A stretch of DNA of 64,000 bases from Moniliella sp. 'wahieum' (lineage: Eukaryota): assembly GCA_003971905.1 (NCBI GenBank), contig RSEE01000037.1, positions 186,001 to 250,000 on the forward strand, in the 5' to 3' direction. Both the position numbers and the translations under genes were made by a program. Below the pieces are notes generated by a model, which was not told the origin of the DNA, searched no databases, and was given only the letters and a program-made list of their open reading frames with translations. Positions 25,694 through 38,432 of this stretch are shown here, piece after piece. Every line of letters starts with the position of its first letter. The first letter of the stretch is position 1.

Positions 25694-26865
25694 TGTTGCG
25701 GCCTAAGATAGATATCGCTTGCCTATGCCCCTGGCTTGGCCCAGATTTGGCTGCGCCGGACCCGTGCCTCCTTTTACTCTCCTGTTCCTCTTGGTTGCAT
25801 CCTGTCTCCTCACACCGCCCCTCTCATTGCGCCCGTAGCAACCGGTATCCCATCTCTGCAGCCAGCACATCGCACTCCTGCATTGCTTCTGTCGTATGTG
25901 TTCTCTTGCCCCCATCGCTCTGTTGCTGACCCGCCTACACAGACTCCCCCTCGCGGGCCATCTCTTGTCCTCGTTTCATCTGGTCCGCAGCGCTATCGTA
26001 CTTGCCCGATTCATCCGCATTCCCCTCGTTTCTGCTGACCCTTGTGGGTCGCATGCGTAATGTGCATGCCCGTTTCGCTCGCCATCGACCCACCCTTGTC
26101 CGTCTGCTCACTTTGGCTGTCTCGCTTACATGGTTTGCCTTGCCTGTGGTCCTCTCGCTTGGCTGGTCTGAATTGCCATCGTACGTCCCCCGTTCTTCGC
26201 GCTTGGAGTTGTCCTGTCCTGTCACTGACACTCTGTTTGTCCAGTTGCAGCATGCACGGAATCCCACGATTGGGTCGTCTCGTATTGTTCGCCTCGACTC
26301 TTCTGACCTGTTTCGCCGTCGTACGTCCCTTCTGTTATATGCCGACACTGTTCCTGACCTTGTTCGCCCTACCCAGGTACATTCCGACTTTATCCCGCTT
26401 GCCCTCGCTACTGGCTGACTTGATCGCCTGACCCGTAGTCTTCTGTGTCTCTTGCTAACCCCGTGCTGCTGCTGATTTGGTCAGCTTCTCCCTAGTAGTG
26501 CGCGCTCTCCTCACACTAACCTGTCACTGCTGTGTAGCTCACTGCTTTACTGCGTTGGTGCTTCCGTCCTACGTCGCGCCTATCCGTGGTTGTCGTGTAA
26601 TCGTTTCCCAGCGATCTTCGAATGCATTCTATACCTAAAAAATGCCTGTAAATCTAGTAGTTCTGCATCGATGCCAGCCCCATCCAGTCAGCCGGTTAGA
26701 GAACCTATCTCACTCCCAAGGGGGCGGGCAGAGGTTAGCCGTAGCCTTTGTGGTTCGCATGTGGATCCACTCAGTACTCTTCTATAGCCCCTGCCGAATC
26801 CGACCAACGTTCTTGTTCTGATACAATCTTCTCGGTGAGACGGCTAAGTAGGTAGGGGCACAACG
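25694..26865. mobile_element. Possible second LTR-like element (about 1.17 kb)
   Basis: Starts TGTTGCGGCCTA and ends TAGGGGCACAACG (imperfect inverted termini). Pyrimidine-skewed interior with no recognisable ORF. No target-site duplication. Confidence 0.25.
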
Positions 26866-26989
26866 AGTGGGCATTGAGACAAACAGGGATCGCGTTGCAT
26901 GGCACGATTTGAGCCGAGCGAGTGCCAGGAAAAAGTGCCACTCCTCTGATGCCAGCTGCCAGCTTACTTAGCTTAGCCTCAGCCTCAGC

Positions 26990-28985
26990 CTAAAGCTTGA
27001 CCTGTCCAGCGGCAATCTTCTTGTACTCAGCCAAGCCAAAGGGAAGGTAGGTGTTGGCGCCGGGCGGGAGCCAGTAGAGGGGTCCTTGACCTTGGTAGGG
27101 TCAATTCCCTCGTTACGAAGAGCGACTTTCAATTGTTTGACCGTGCCAGTCTGTTCCATCTCCTGCACCGCCCGGAGAAAGATGGGGACGGCGTACTTGG
27201 GCAGACGAGAGCGTACGTGGCGGGCCAACGCAGCCAAATCCGTCTTGGCCAACTCGTCTTGCGGAATGCCGCACACCCTGCCCGTCCATCGTGGCCGGGA
27301 ACCAGGACACCGTACACGTTAGCTTCATGCACCACTTCCCCAGCGCAGCCGCCACTTCGGCCGTCGACACATTCTCCGACCGCCACCGGAACGTATCGCC
27401 CAACCGGTCGCCAAACCAAAAGAAGCCATCAGAATCGATGCGCATCAGGTCGCCCGAGCGGAACCACGCGTCGCCACGGACAAACACGTCGCGCAAAATC
27501 TTACTCTCAGTGGCCTTTTTGTTTCCGGCGTAGCCGGCAAACTGGGCCGAGGGCGCACCCATAATCTTCGACATGTATTCCCCCTGTTCGTTCGGACCGC
27601 ACTCGACACATAGCCCCGTGGTAGGGTCACGGTACACTTCCTCCGTGATGGGGTCGACCTTGGCAATTTTAAAGTGTGGCTTGAACCGGCGCGCTAGCAC
27701 GCCCATCCGGCCCACCGAGCCAGCGCCAAATGGACCGGTATTGTACGAGATCAGAGCGCCGTTGCCCGGAGGAGGCGTAAAACTCAGAAATGACACGAAT
27801 ACCAAATCGGTCACGGAACTTGTTCCACACATCGGGCCGCATGCCATTACCATACGCCATACGAATGGTGTGTTCCTTGTCCAGCGGGGACGGCGGAACG
27901 GCCAACAGATAGCGGCAAATTTCACCAATGTACTGCATCACCGTCGCCCCGTTCGCACGCGCCTCATCAAAAGCGCGAGGCGGAAAACTTGCGACCAATA
28001 ATGACCGTCGTGCCGCTGTACCAGGAACGCCAATGCAAAGGAACGCAGCCGAGGAGTGGTAGAGGGGCATGCAGGTGTAAATCCGATCCGAGGGGGTGAA
28101 GCCATTGGTGGTAGGCCACATGACCATCGCCACGCCAATGCGGCCGTGGGAGCAAAGGGCGGCCTTGGGCAAGCCGGTGGTACCACTAGTGTAGATCAAG
28201 ACTGCCGGGGACGTCTCCTCGACGTCCTTTCGGTACTCGTCGCCGAGCGCGGTAGCCGGTTGGCATCCAGCACGCTCTGGTCCAGCTGCACCACGTTCGG
28301 CAGCGGCGACAAAGGGCCCTGGCTCCTTCCTCGGCCGCACGCAGACTCGCGTCGCGCTCGCAGGATAGTGCACCCATCGTCCACGCGGATCCCTGCTGGA
28401 TCGAAGCAGCTTGTCCTGGACAAGCTGCAGGGCAGGCTCGTACTCCTCTTCAAAGAAACACCGCCTTGGCCCGGCCACCGAGATGCAGTGGACCAGGCCT
28501 GGGCCCGTGAGGGAGTAGTTGATCATGGCGGGGACAACATTGATGCTCATGCAGGCAAGCCAGAACTCGACGTACGTGACCGAGTTGCCCATCAGCACCG
28601 CGACGCGGTCTGGCAGGGGCGGGGGTCAGGTCAGGTCGACATTGCAGGCGGGGGGGGGGGGGGGGGGGGGGGACACAGGGGACGTACCGCCAGACTTGAA
28701 GCCCTGGGCGAGGAGGAAGTGGGCGATCTTGCGGACCTGGGCCTGGGCGGCGGCCCAGGTGATGCTGCGGCCGGCATAGACGTAGGCAATGTCGTTGGGG
28801 CGGGCGTTGGCCGTGTCGTCGAAGAGGTGGAAGAGGGAGGGGCGATGGCGGAGGATGCGGAGGTAGTGCTTGAGGGTGGAGCGGGCAAAGGCGTAGCCGA
28901 TGCGGAGGTCGTTGCGGAGGCCCGACTGGGCGTCGAGGTAGGCGGCGAGCGCGAGGGCGGCGGCGGCGGTGATGAGCTGGGGCAT
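26990..28985 (-). CDS. FAT1: Very-long-chain acyl-CoA synthetase / fatty acid transport protein; intron 28610-28687
   Basis: LIYTSGTTGLPKA (AMP-binding), MPLYHSSA, QYIGEICRYL, DAWFRSGDL...DRLGDTFRWRSENVST (FATP motif); ends ...VKL*. Confidence 0.93.
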
Positions 28986-29134
28986 GGGGGCGGAGGGGGC
29001 GGTGGGGATGGCGGCGTTGTTCCTACTCCTCCTGGGCCCCAGCTGGGCTTTGGGGCGGAGGGGGGGGCTTTCACGCACGCGTGCTTGCACATTTCAACAT
29101 CCCACCGGCCGGAGCCCTGGCCCGCCCACCGGGT

Positions 29135-29192
29135 GCCTCCACGTCACGCGCCTCCACGTCACGCGCCTCCACGTCACACTGCTGACGTCAGC
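29135..29192. promoter_or_regulatory. 3x tandem CCACGTCA (UPRE-like, reverse complement TGACGTGG) plus CRE palindrome
   Basis: 15-bp unit GCCTCCACGTCACGC x3 followed by GCTGACGTCAGC, in the FAT1/TRAP-alpha divergent intergenic region. Confidence 0.6.
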
Positions 29193-29263
29193 CCCCTCGC
29201 CGCCTTTCTTCCCGCGCGACACCACCAGGGACGGCTACCACACCCGCCCCCCCCCCCCCCGCC

Positions 29264-30166
29264 ATGCGTCTCCTCGCCCCCGCGCTCGCCTGCCTCGCGC
29301 TCCTCGCCGCCGCGCTCCCCGCCCGCGCCCAGGCCGACGACACCCCCACCCTCCAGGTCGCCACCACCTTCCCCCAACAACGGCTTCCACATCGTCCACA
29401 ATGGCCAGGCCAACCGCGTCGTGTTTGCCATCAGCCACCCCCCCGGCACCGAGCGCGTCCTCAGCCTCGAAAGCGTCACCGGCGCCTTCCTCAACCCCGC
29501 CAAGCTCGATGGCCAGCGCGGCCGTGTGCTGCGCAACATGACCACCCACACCCTCAAGCGTCCCCGGCCCCTGCGTGCCGTTGGCGGCCGCCCCACCCAC
29601 CAGTCCTTTGACTTTTACTCCGAGTTCAAGCCCCAGCCGCTAGACGTCGAGTTCCGCCTGGGTGTGCGCGATGGCCAGACCTCCCGCTTCTATGTCATCC
29701 CCGTCTACCACGGCCAAGTGACCGTGGTCGAGCCTCCGACCAACTGGCTGGACCCGCAGGTGTACGTTGTCATGTCCCCTCCCCTCCCTGTCTCTGTGCC
29801 TGTGGTCGCAAGCCGAACTGGAACGGCGCGTACTGACGTGCACGTGGCGCCTGTGACAGTCTGTTTATCTATCTCCTGCTCCTGGGTTCCGTGGTGGGCG
29901 GGGCGGGGTACTACCTCCGCACCGTCAAGGCCAAGAAGGACGCCGCGGCGGCCAAGGCGGCGCGCAAGCAGCAGCAGCTCAAGGCAACGACGGCATCGGT
30001 GCAGCAGAACGGGTACGACGAGAGTTGGATTGTACGTGTGGGCTCTTGTGGGAGTGTGGGTGGCCGAGTAGCGACTGAGTACTGACGCGAGGACGGGTGT
30101 GCCTAGCCCGAGACGCACATCAAGCAACGCACGCAGCCGGCGCGCAAGGCGAAGACGGCGGCGTAA
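29264..30166 (+). CDS. IRC22: Translocon-associated protein alpha-like (IRC22 family); introns 29762-29859 and 30032-30106
   Basis: Signal peptide MRLLAPALACLALLAAAL, luminal domain (LRNMT, FYSEFKP, VTVVEPP-WLDPQ), one TM segment, and C-terminal YDESWIPETHI. Confidence 0.85.
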
Positions 30167-30577
30167 GGGCCGCGAGCGGTGGCCGGCGACGGCTGTGCTT
30201 GGGCTGGGCGTGGATGGTAGCAGCGCGCGCGTGCGCCGAATGAAGAGATTGGCGATGGCGAGCGCAGCAGCCCAGGCGGGCGGCGGCGTGGAGCGGGTGT
30301 GCGCGGCGGGCAGCGGCACGTTCCGTTAGTGTGACAAGGCAGACAGGCAGGTTAACGAGTGTCCATAGTCGGTACCGCCCCACAACGGCCAATTGTGCGG
30401 CTCACGCGTCAGTGTCAGCGGTCGCCCGCCGGGCGCCAGCCGTAGGAGAGCGGGAAGAAGGCAACCCTAGCTAGCCAGCCAGCCGATCAGCTCTGTTGGT
30501 GGTACTGCTACTGCTACTGCTACTCCTCTGCTGCTACTCCTCCTGCTGCTACTCCTCCTCCTCCCCCCCTCCTCCCC

Positions 30578-32833
30578 ATGTCCTCCTCCGCCGCCGAGCC
30601 AGGCCGGGAGGCCGGGCGGCTGACCGACGCCCAGGTGGCCCAGCTGGGCGCCGGCGCGGACCTGGCCGGGCGGATGCCCGCGGGCCCCCTCACCACCCAC
30701 GCCGTGCTCCAGATAGCGCTGGCCAAGGCGCAGTATGCCGTGGCGCGCGACAATGCGAATGAGCCCGATGCGGTGCAGGCGTATGCGGATGCCGTCTGTC
30801 TGCTCCAGGAGGTCATTGTCCGCCAGGCGCGTCGGCATGCCGCCAAGCCGCGCGACAGCCAGCAAAATACCCAGTTTGACGCCGAGGCCAGCCGATTACG
30901 CGGCATTCGCGACACGTACCAGGAACGCATCTGGCTCCTCACCTCGTGGCACGAGGTCCAAGAGGACGACGACTCGGACGAGGACGAGGAGAAACGAGGA
31001 AAGGAACGGGACGCCCATGAACACCATCACGATCCAGATCCAGATCCAGATCCAGATCCAGATCCAACATCAGGACCCCTACACACACCAGCACGCGAAT
31101 CAAGACCCGTACCAGGACACGTACCAAGACCTGCACCAACGCCCGCTGATGACCAAGTGGAAAACGCGAGCCGACAGGAGGGAGAACAGCTACAACGTCC
31201 GCACCCACTGGCAGCCACACAAGGACCAACTCCAGGCGCAGCGCACATGGTCTCAGCCACAGGCGACATCCTTTCCCCTCCCCCAGCACCGACTTCAGTA
31301 GCTGCCAGCATTACCACATCCACCACTGCGACAACGACTACAGCAACAGCAACAGCAGCAACGAAACCAGCCCCAACTCCGACCCCAACTTCAACTCCAA
31401 CTCCAAACTCAACCCCAGCCCCCGCTCTCCCGCGTCTACCCGCCCCGCTACCCCACTCTGCCCCCCACTTCCCCATCCCTCCGCCCCCGCCGCTCCCGCC
31501 CTCCCTGCTCCCCCCTTCTCACCCTTCCCACCCGAGCGGGTCGGGCGGGAACTCATTTCTGTCCCTGGCGCGGCGTCGGCGTGGCCGTTCGCCCGCGCGG
31601 ATGGACCTGAGTGCCGGTCCGCGGGATGGACCGGACAGTGGCGGGGCGATCGAGACCAATTCGACCTTAGCCCCCTTTACGCCCCATCCGACCACGCCGA
31701 CGCGCACGCTCAATCCACCCCGACGCTTCCGCCCGACGCGGAGTTACCGCCGACGCCGATGGAAGGCAAGGGTCTGCACCACTCCACCTCGGCCTCGTCC
31801 GTTGGCAAAGCCGAGGCCGGGCGTGACCGACGGCGCTTGCGCCCTGGCCCTGGCTCGCCTACTTCGTCTTCCTCGGGTCCTGAAGGGTGGAGCGGCAAGC
31901 GGGTGCCGTTCCCCAGGGCTGGGTTTGATCCGCATCGGGCGCTTCAGGCGCGCGAAGCGATTTTAGCTTCGCTGGTGCTTTTGCCCACGGCGCGCCAGGG
32001 GGCGGAGGAAGTAGGAAAAGACCTGGTGCGGGACAAGGTGGAAGCTCGTGTGGGGACGTGCTCAAGTGCCTTTTCCCTGGTTCAGAAACTGGCCCAGACG
32101 CCGACCGAAGAGAAATGGGTGCAGCTGACAACGAGTTTGGTGCTCACTACGCCCCTATGGGGGGCGGAGAACATGCGCGTCTGCCGCGGGTGGAGAACAA
32201 GGCACAGAGTTTGGGCGTGCTAGTGCGTGCCCTGAGCAGGACCGTGCAAGCGGCCGAAGACTTGTGGCCGGCCGAGGTACCAGGGGAAGAAGGTGCGGCG
32301 ATGGCCGCGCCGGGACTCGGGGGTGCCGGTCCCGAAGGCGCGCAAGAACTGTTGTACGCATTGGACCAAGTCGAATCGGCGGGCCGCGAGGCGCAAGCGC
32401 TCCTCCAAGGCCGCAAGTTATCACAATCGTCGTTACCGCTGCCCGTGGGGGACGAGCTGACTGCCTCGTCCTCAGTCAGCAGTCTGGGCCGCGTAAGTCA
32501 CCGCCTGACAGCCAAGTTGGAACGCGTTACGCACCGGGACCGCGAAGTGCGCGGGCCGTTACGGTCGCAGGCCTACGTATCGGCGGAAGCGTATGCGGCG
32601 CATGTCCGTTCGCTCGCTGCCTTTGTCCCTATCCTCGTTCGGCACATGGACGCGCTGCGAAGCAAGACGAAGAGACGCCTTATGTCGCGCTTCCGCCGCG
32701 CCTGTGCGCCAAGTTGCTCCTCCGGCTGGAACGCGCCAGCGGATGGTACACGTCCCTGGTAGCGCCGCTATTGGTGGGCGATGCGCGTTGGCTGCTGAAT
32801 GCGCGTCTGGCCGAACGGATGAGCGAGTGGTAA
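30578..32833 (+). CDS. Fungal MIT domain-containing protein
   Basis: N-terminal LQIALAKAQYAVARDNAN...AVQAYADAVCLLQEV...RLRGIRDTYQERI is a MIT-type three-helix pattern, followed by a P/T-rich linker and a helical C-terminal region. Confidence 0.75.
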
Positions 32834-33448
32834 CTGGTGATCGTGTTGATCGCGTATCCGTGTCGATCGTGCCGATCGTCTCTGTCGTGTCTGTCCCCCC
32901 GTCGTTGCAGTCGTTCTCCCCCCTCCTTCCTAGTCGGATCCAGCTTGCAGGCTGAGATTATACAAACCGCTCTTCTCGAATATATATTAGCCTTGATCGT
33001 CATCCGCTTCGGTTCTTCATCCTCGAACCCGCTGAGCACAGTCCACCCGTATACAAGACCCAAGAGCAGCGGGGTATCGGTGGGCGTCAGGTCGCAGTCC
33101 ACCTACCGTGTTGGGGTCTCCCCAGTGCCGACGACATTCACCAATCCGAATCCGAAGAGGCCGTCAACCGTGGCTGCCTGCAGCACGGCCATCTCGGCAA
33201 CTTGCCTGCCCCGATCCGAACCGGGCAGTCAAGCCCATTGCATTTCTCTACGACTACGAGACACATTATACGACTTGGGACTCTCTCTCTCGACTACGAA
33301 ACACAACGAGGTAAAACCATGCACAGATTCATAGGCATAGCAAGGACAGCCGAGCTGACCATTTTTGTGTCTGCCGCAAGGCAAGAGCGGGAAGGTGCAT
33401 GCATGGCGAGAGGCAAGAGGCAGAGCACAACCATCCGTGGACCCAAGC

Positions 33449-34380
33449 TTAGAGAACAGTGAAGATGCGAATCTCGTTGTCCGAGTAGCCGGCAAAGAGG
33501 GTCTGGCCGTCGGCCGACCAGGCAAGCGACAGCGCCTCGGGCGCCTTGCCGTTGCCCTCAATCTCAGGGACGAGGGTGTCGACAATGGACTGCGACTCGA
33601 GGTCAAAGATCTTGATGCACGACGAGGTGGCGGCGCAGAGCCAGTAGCGGTTCGGCGAAAAGACAAGCGCATTGACATTGTCGCCAGCCTCGAGCGAGTA
33701 GAGGTGCTTGTCCACCGACAGCTCCCAGAGCATCACCGTGCCCTCCTTGCCGCCCGACGCGCAGAGCGAGCCGTCAGGGGAGATGGTGACCGTGTTGACG
33801 TAGCCCGAGTGGCCAAAGTGGTTCGCCTTGAGCCGCATCTGCGACAGGTCCCACACCTTGACAGCCTTGTCCCAGCCACCCGAGACGATCAGGGGAGTTT
33901 GCGGGTTGGGCGAGAACTTGACGGTGCTCACCCACTCCGTGTGGCCGTGGTCGGTAAGGTTGAACTTGCACTCACCAAGCGTGTTCCACAGCTTGATCGT
34001 CTTGTCGCGCGAAGCCGAGACGATCTGACGGTTGTCAGCCGAGAAGGAGACGGAGAGCACATCGGCCTGGTGGCCCACAAAGCGGTGCACGTGTTGCCCG
34101 TGTTGAGGTCCCACAGACGCAGCGTCTTGTCCCACGACGACGAAAGGGCAAACTGGCCGTCAGAGGAGAGAACCACGTCGGAAACAAAGTGGTTGTGGCC
34201 GTGGAGGATCTTCTTGGGGTATCCCAGGTCGTCCTCGCCACGCTTGAGGTTCCACACAATCACATGCTTGTCCCGCGACGACGAGACGAGCAGGTCGGGG
34301 TTCTCGCTCGACGTGGCCAGCGCCGTGACCCAGCCCTGGTGCCCCGTGAGGCTGCCCTTGAATTGCAGCGACTCGCTCAT
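33449..34380 (-). CDS. ASC1: RACK1 / G-beta-like WD40 ribosomal protein (ASC1/CPC2); 5'-UTR intron 34390-34470
   Basis: [17 protein letters not shown]-type segment ([17 protein letters not shown]), [50 protein letters not shown]. Confidence 0.97.
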
Positions 34381-34666
34381 GTTTAGTTACTGCCGGCGCA
34401 GGAGGAAGAGAGAGTCAGCACCGGCGATTGCGACGGCAAACGGCCACGACGGATGCAGAGAGATACGCACAAGGTCGGTTGCGAGATGGAAGGTCGCTTG
34501 CGGTGGTACACCACGAGAAGGCCAGCAGGCAAGTCGAAGTAGCTGCGGAGCGTAGGGTTGTCCGCAGCAGAGAGAGGTGCCTAGGGTTCCGCAATAATTC
34601 GGAAAGCAGCCTCACCGGCCACACGTCACGTGAGGGCTATGCCGACTGGATGCCAAGAAACAACTA

Positions 34667-34749
34667 GGGTTCGTGGTGTAGTGGTATCATGCCTCTTTAG
34701 GGTTACTGGCTCGTAGAGGTGGTCCTCGGTTCGATCCCGGGCGGACCCC
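34667..34749 (+). tRNA. tRNA-Pro(AGG) with an 11-nt intron (34703-34713)
   Basis: Acceptor GGGTTCG/CGGACCC, anticodon stem CCTCT/AGAGG with loop TT-AGG-G, T-loop GGTTCGATCC, discriminator C, poly-T terminator at about 34767-34775. Confidence 0.92.
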
Positions 34750-37700
34750 TGCTTTCTGGTCTCGAATTTTTTTTTGGTGGGGCCACACATGCTATAGGCG
34801 AATGAAAGAACTTGTTCAAGGAGAAACTATAGTGTGTACGACCTGTATGGTGCTGCACGCATCATTGGTCAACCTGTCCACTATGCTCTATCATCTAAAT
34901 TCCGTAGTCTCATCATTGGCTACTCTAATACAACAGTAAACATACGATGAGAAGGACAGGAGCAATAACGCTTCGCCGCCTCTGCCCCGGCGCAACGCTT
35001 ATTATCCGCGACATTTGCTCCCCACAGCTCGCGGCGAGCCAATTACAGAGGCAGTTGATGAAGTCGCCAGCAGGTCAGCGTCTTCTGTCTCCCATTGTTC
35101 ACATTCAAACCCGAATGTCGTGTGCCAAAAGAGCCGCAGGAGTGAGCGCGGTGTAGATATTATCTCTATACTGCGTAGTATCATATTGAGACAGAGCTTA
35201 AGACTAGGACAAAGAAACGCTGTGCTCAAACCGACCAGCTGATCTGGCGGATGCTGCTCGTTGACGCCAAACCCGTTTCAGGAAACCATTGGAATTGTCA
35301 GCAGATCAGGACGTTCTTGTGCCCGCCATTCTTCCCATGTCCGAGAGGTAGCGCGTGTGGATACGGACGAACGTGGTATAGACATTCGAACGGTGAACCA
35401 TCTCCATTGGGACACTGTAATTAATGCCGTTGAGTTCCCAATCATCCTGCTCGCTCTCTTGGTAGTACGGTTCCTCGCGTCGTCAGAACCAAAGGAAAGA
35501 AGTAGAGTGTTCTTGGGAGCGGGATGCACGCGACTTCTCTCCGGTAAAAAGAGGTTTTAAGTCACATATAGCTGCGGGCTAAGATCCAGCAGACAAACCC
35601 AAACCAGTATTGTGTAGTACATGTTATGATGTCGATGATGGCTTTTTCTCTTCTCGTGCCATGTGACAATACAGGACATTTTCCTCCGTCCATATCGTCA
35701 TCCGAATTAAGATATTCTGTGCGCATCAAGACTCCGACCAGATGTGCAGGTGTGAAAGCGATGCTGGGACCGAGACAGCAAGGAATGAGACGGCAATGAT
35801 TGATGAATGCACAGCAAATATATATATACGTGTCTATATATGTCTTTTTCTCGCCAATACATCACTTGAGGTTTACTCTTGTTTTGCTTACTTGTCGCAT
35901 CCATGCGCTCTCGAATCCTGCCAGAGGATTTTTCATCAGCAACATACATGCACCTTTTCAGCGATCTATCTATCATTGATCTCATATTATGTGTCTGTGA
36001 TACACCTGCTGGAAAGTCTGCTTTCCGACTTCTGTTTTGGTCCGCAACAGTTCATGTGAAATAGAGACTACAGGAATAGCGTTGGACTATCTCGATCATG
36101 ACATGGCTACGCGACACGTCAATGACATCGGACTCGAAAACGTATCGTGATATTTGGATCATAACATGATGATTGGGACGGCATATACGCCTGTCTGAGA
36201 AAACCGTTATTGGAAAACCTGGAAGACCGCAGTGGAGGAACGCAACGGATTGGGTATTAGAGAATCTCAGGGGGTAATAAGTAGAACAAGATGCAGTGAC
36301 GATGAGCACCGTGGCCTGAGGGCTAAGCCTCGTGCCATTCCCGAAGGAAACAGCATATAGGGGTTCGAACATAAGCTGGTGCATATGCAACACGTCTGGA
36401 CGAGGCTTCAGAGGTCAAGAGGGAGACAAAAGGATGATAATCGATACCAGGCGCCATGACGCTTGAAGCTCAACGGCCTATGTAATACGTACCGGGGACT
36501 GCAGATCCCTTGATTTACAAATCGGGGAGCCCATTGCACTGTGTTGGTAGGCCTGGCTTGATGTTGATGTAATACACAAGTGTGGATAGGCACACTCATC
36601 CCGTTGCTTTGCCAGCTCCCCGTCTCTCTCTCTTGTCCCGCATGTGTAAGTTGTTACCCCTTGGTATTTGATACAAGAAGGCGCGCGTACTTGAAAAGAC
36701 ACAGCTCGTGTACTACTTCTTTTTCTTCTTCCCCACAGGGCTCTTGGGCCTCTCATGTACGAATCCGAGTCTGTTCTTTTGATATCCTTGATCCCAGAAG
36801 CTCTCTGTGAGCCTACGGGAGATGAGTTATTGCCCCCGCGGAGTCACAATTTCAGTGCTATACGGACCATCCCATCTCTTCTCGGAAGGGGAACGTGAGG
36901 CGGGGACGGGAGAGCTGGCGACTTTCGTCCGTATTGGAACCAGTATCCATTGCCGTGTGCGTATATACTGCGTGTTGTATTGAAAATGTCCAATGACCTA
37001 TAGTGAATATTGAATGGTCGATGACCGGTGACCGGTGACCGAGACCGATGGCCGATGGAGGATTTTAATGATCGAGTTGGATGATTGGGGCGGGCCAGGC
37101 GCGCAACCGGTTCCGTCCGTTTCGGAGCACACGGTCCCGCCGTGTCCCGCCTCGGAACCGAGGCCGGGGATGGGCACGAGGCCAGCGGTGGTGCGTTGGG
37201 CCCTGGGGTGTGGCCGGCGTGGCTCTGGGTGGGGCCGCCACCACATACCACACCAGCCACCATGTACCACCGCCACCGCCACCGCCACTGCAATCTGTGC
37301 GCAGGCACTGCCCGAGCCAAGACGGAGAAAGTTGCGATGTGACTTGTGAGATTGCGACGGTCAAGATGAAGATGAATAGGAAGCTTGCAGCTTGCAGCTT
37401 GCAGGCTCCGCGTGACCGGTGAGGTCACCGGCACTGAAGCTGCCCGAGGCCCGAACCCAGACGAAGCTACGAAGGGGGGGACCGATCGATCGATGATCGA
37501 AGCCCCCGAATCGAGAATCGAGAATCCAACTTGGCCAAAAACCCACTGGCGTTGTCTTTGTTTGGTCTTTGTTTGGCCTGCGTCTTGGGGTGAGATGTGA
37601 TCCCAACGTCCAAAACGGGCGCGCTTTAGCCTCTTCTCTCGTCTCCCTGGGCGGCAGAGCAGAGCGGCGGTCTCGGAGGTGACGGACGCAGTGACGCAGG

Positions 37701-38432
37701 TAACATGGAAGATCTATGAGGGAACCGGTAACTGGTAACTGGTAACCGGTAACCGGTAAACACCAGCCACAGGATGGCAAGGTACAGATGACCAATGACC
37801 GATGATCGATGGCCGATGACTTTATGACTCTTTTCTTTTGGCACAAACCCCATCAGTGTCACTGTAAACAAACCTGCTCTTCGATCTTCGCTCTCGGTAT
37901 TTAGTCACCCTCTGCCGCCCCTGTCGTCTGCTGGGCAGCCCACCTGGTTTTGCTCTGCGGTCGCGCCTTCGTTCCGACCCCAGTCGTGGCGGGTTTCTCT
38001 GGGCCCCAATCCAAACAACCACCTGTTCTCAGTTCTCAGATCGGCTTGGGCTTTGGTGGTGGAAAAAACCCTGCGTGCCAACACCTCCCACCTCCCACCT
38101 CACCGCAGTGGCCCAGTCTTGTTTGCACCGGCCGCATCACATTCACACACGCCTCGCTTCCAAACGGCTCTCCGCGCCCTGCCTGCCCCCCCCGGCCGCT
38201 GACGCGATTCGAACACTGCCGCATCGATAAGCACTACTGAGTACTGCGCTCAGGCCACGCACCAAGCGTAGTAGGCAAGCACAAAGCACAGCCGCCCTCC
38301 TAAAAGCAACGGGGATTAGCTGCGGCTAGGATGCCTCTCCTTCCGCCCCTTCACCTTCGCACCCCTTGCCGCCCGCACCACCTCCTATCTTCGCACCACC
38401 CCCCCACCCTCCGCTTCCACTCCACTTGCTCC

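Noticed and set aside
28056..30071. 671-aa ORF, and other long ORFs such as 41066-42850, 49629-51410 and 33365-34555
   Set aside because: These are GC-rich shadow or chimeric frames overlapping real genes (antisense to FAT1 or RACK1, or off-frame).
34665..34705. Two additional TAGGGTT telo-box or telomere-like motifs
   Set aside because: They coincide with the tRNA-Pro 5' end and anticodon loop.
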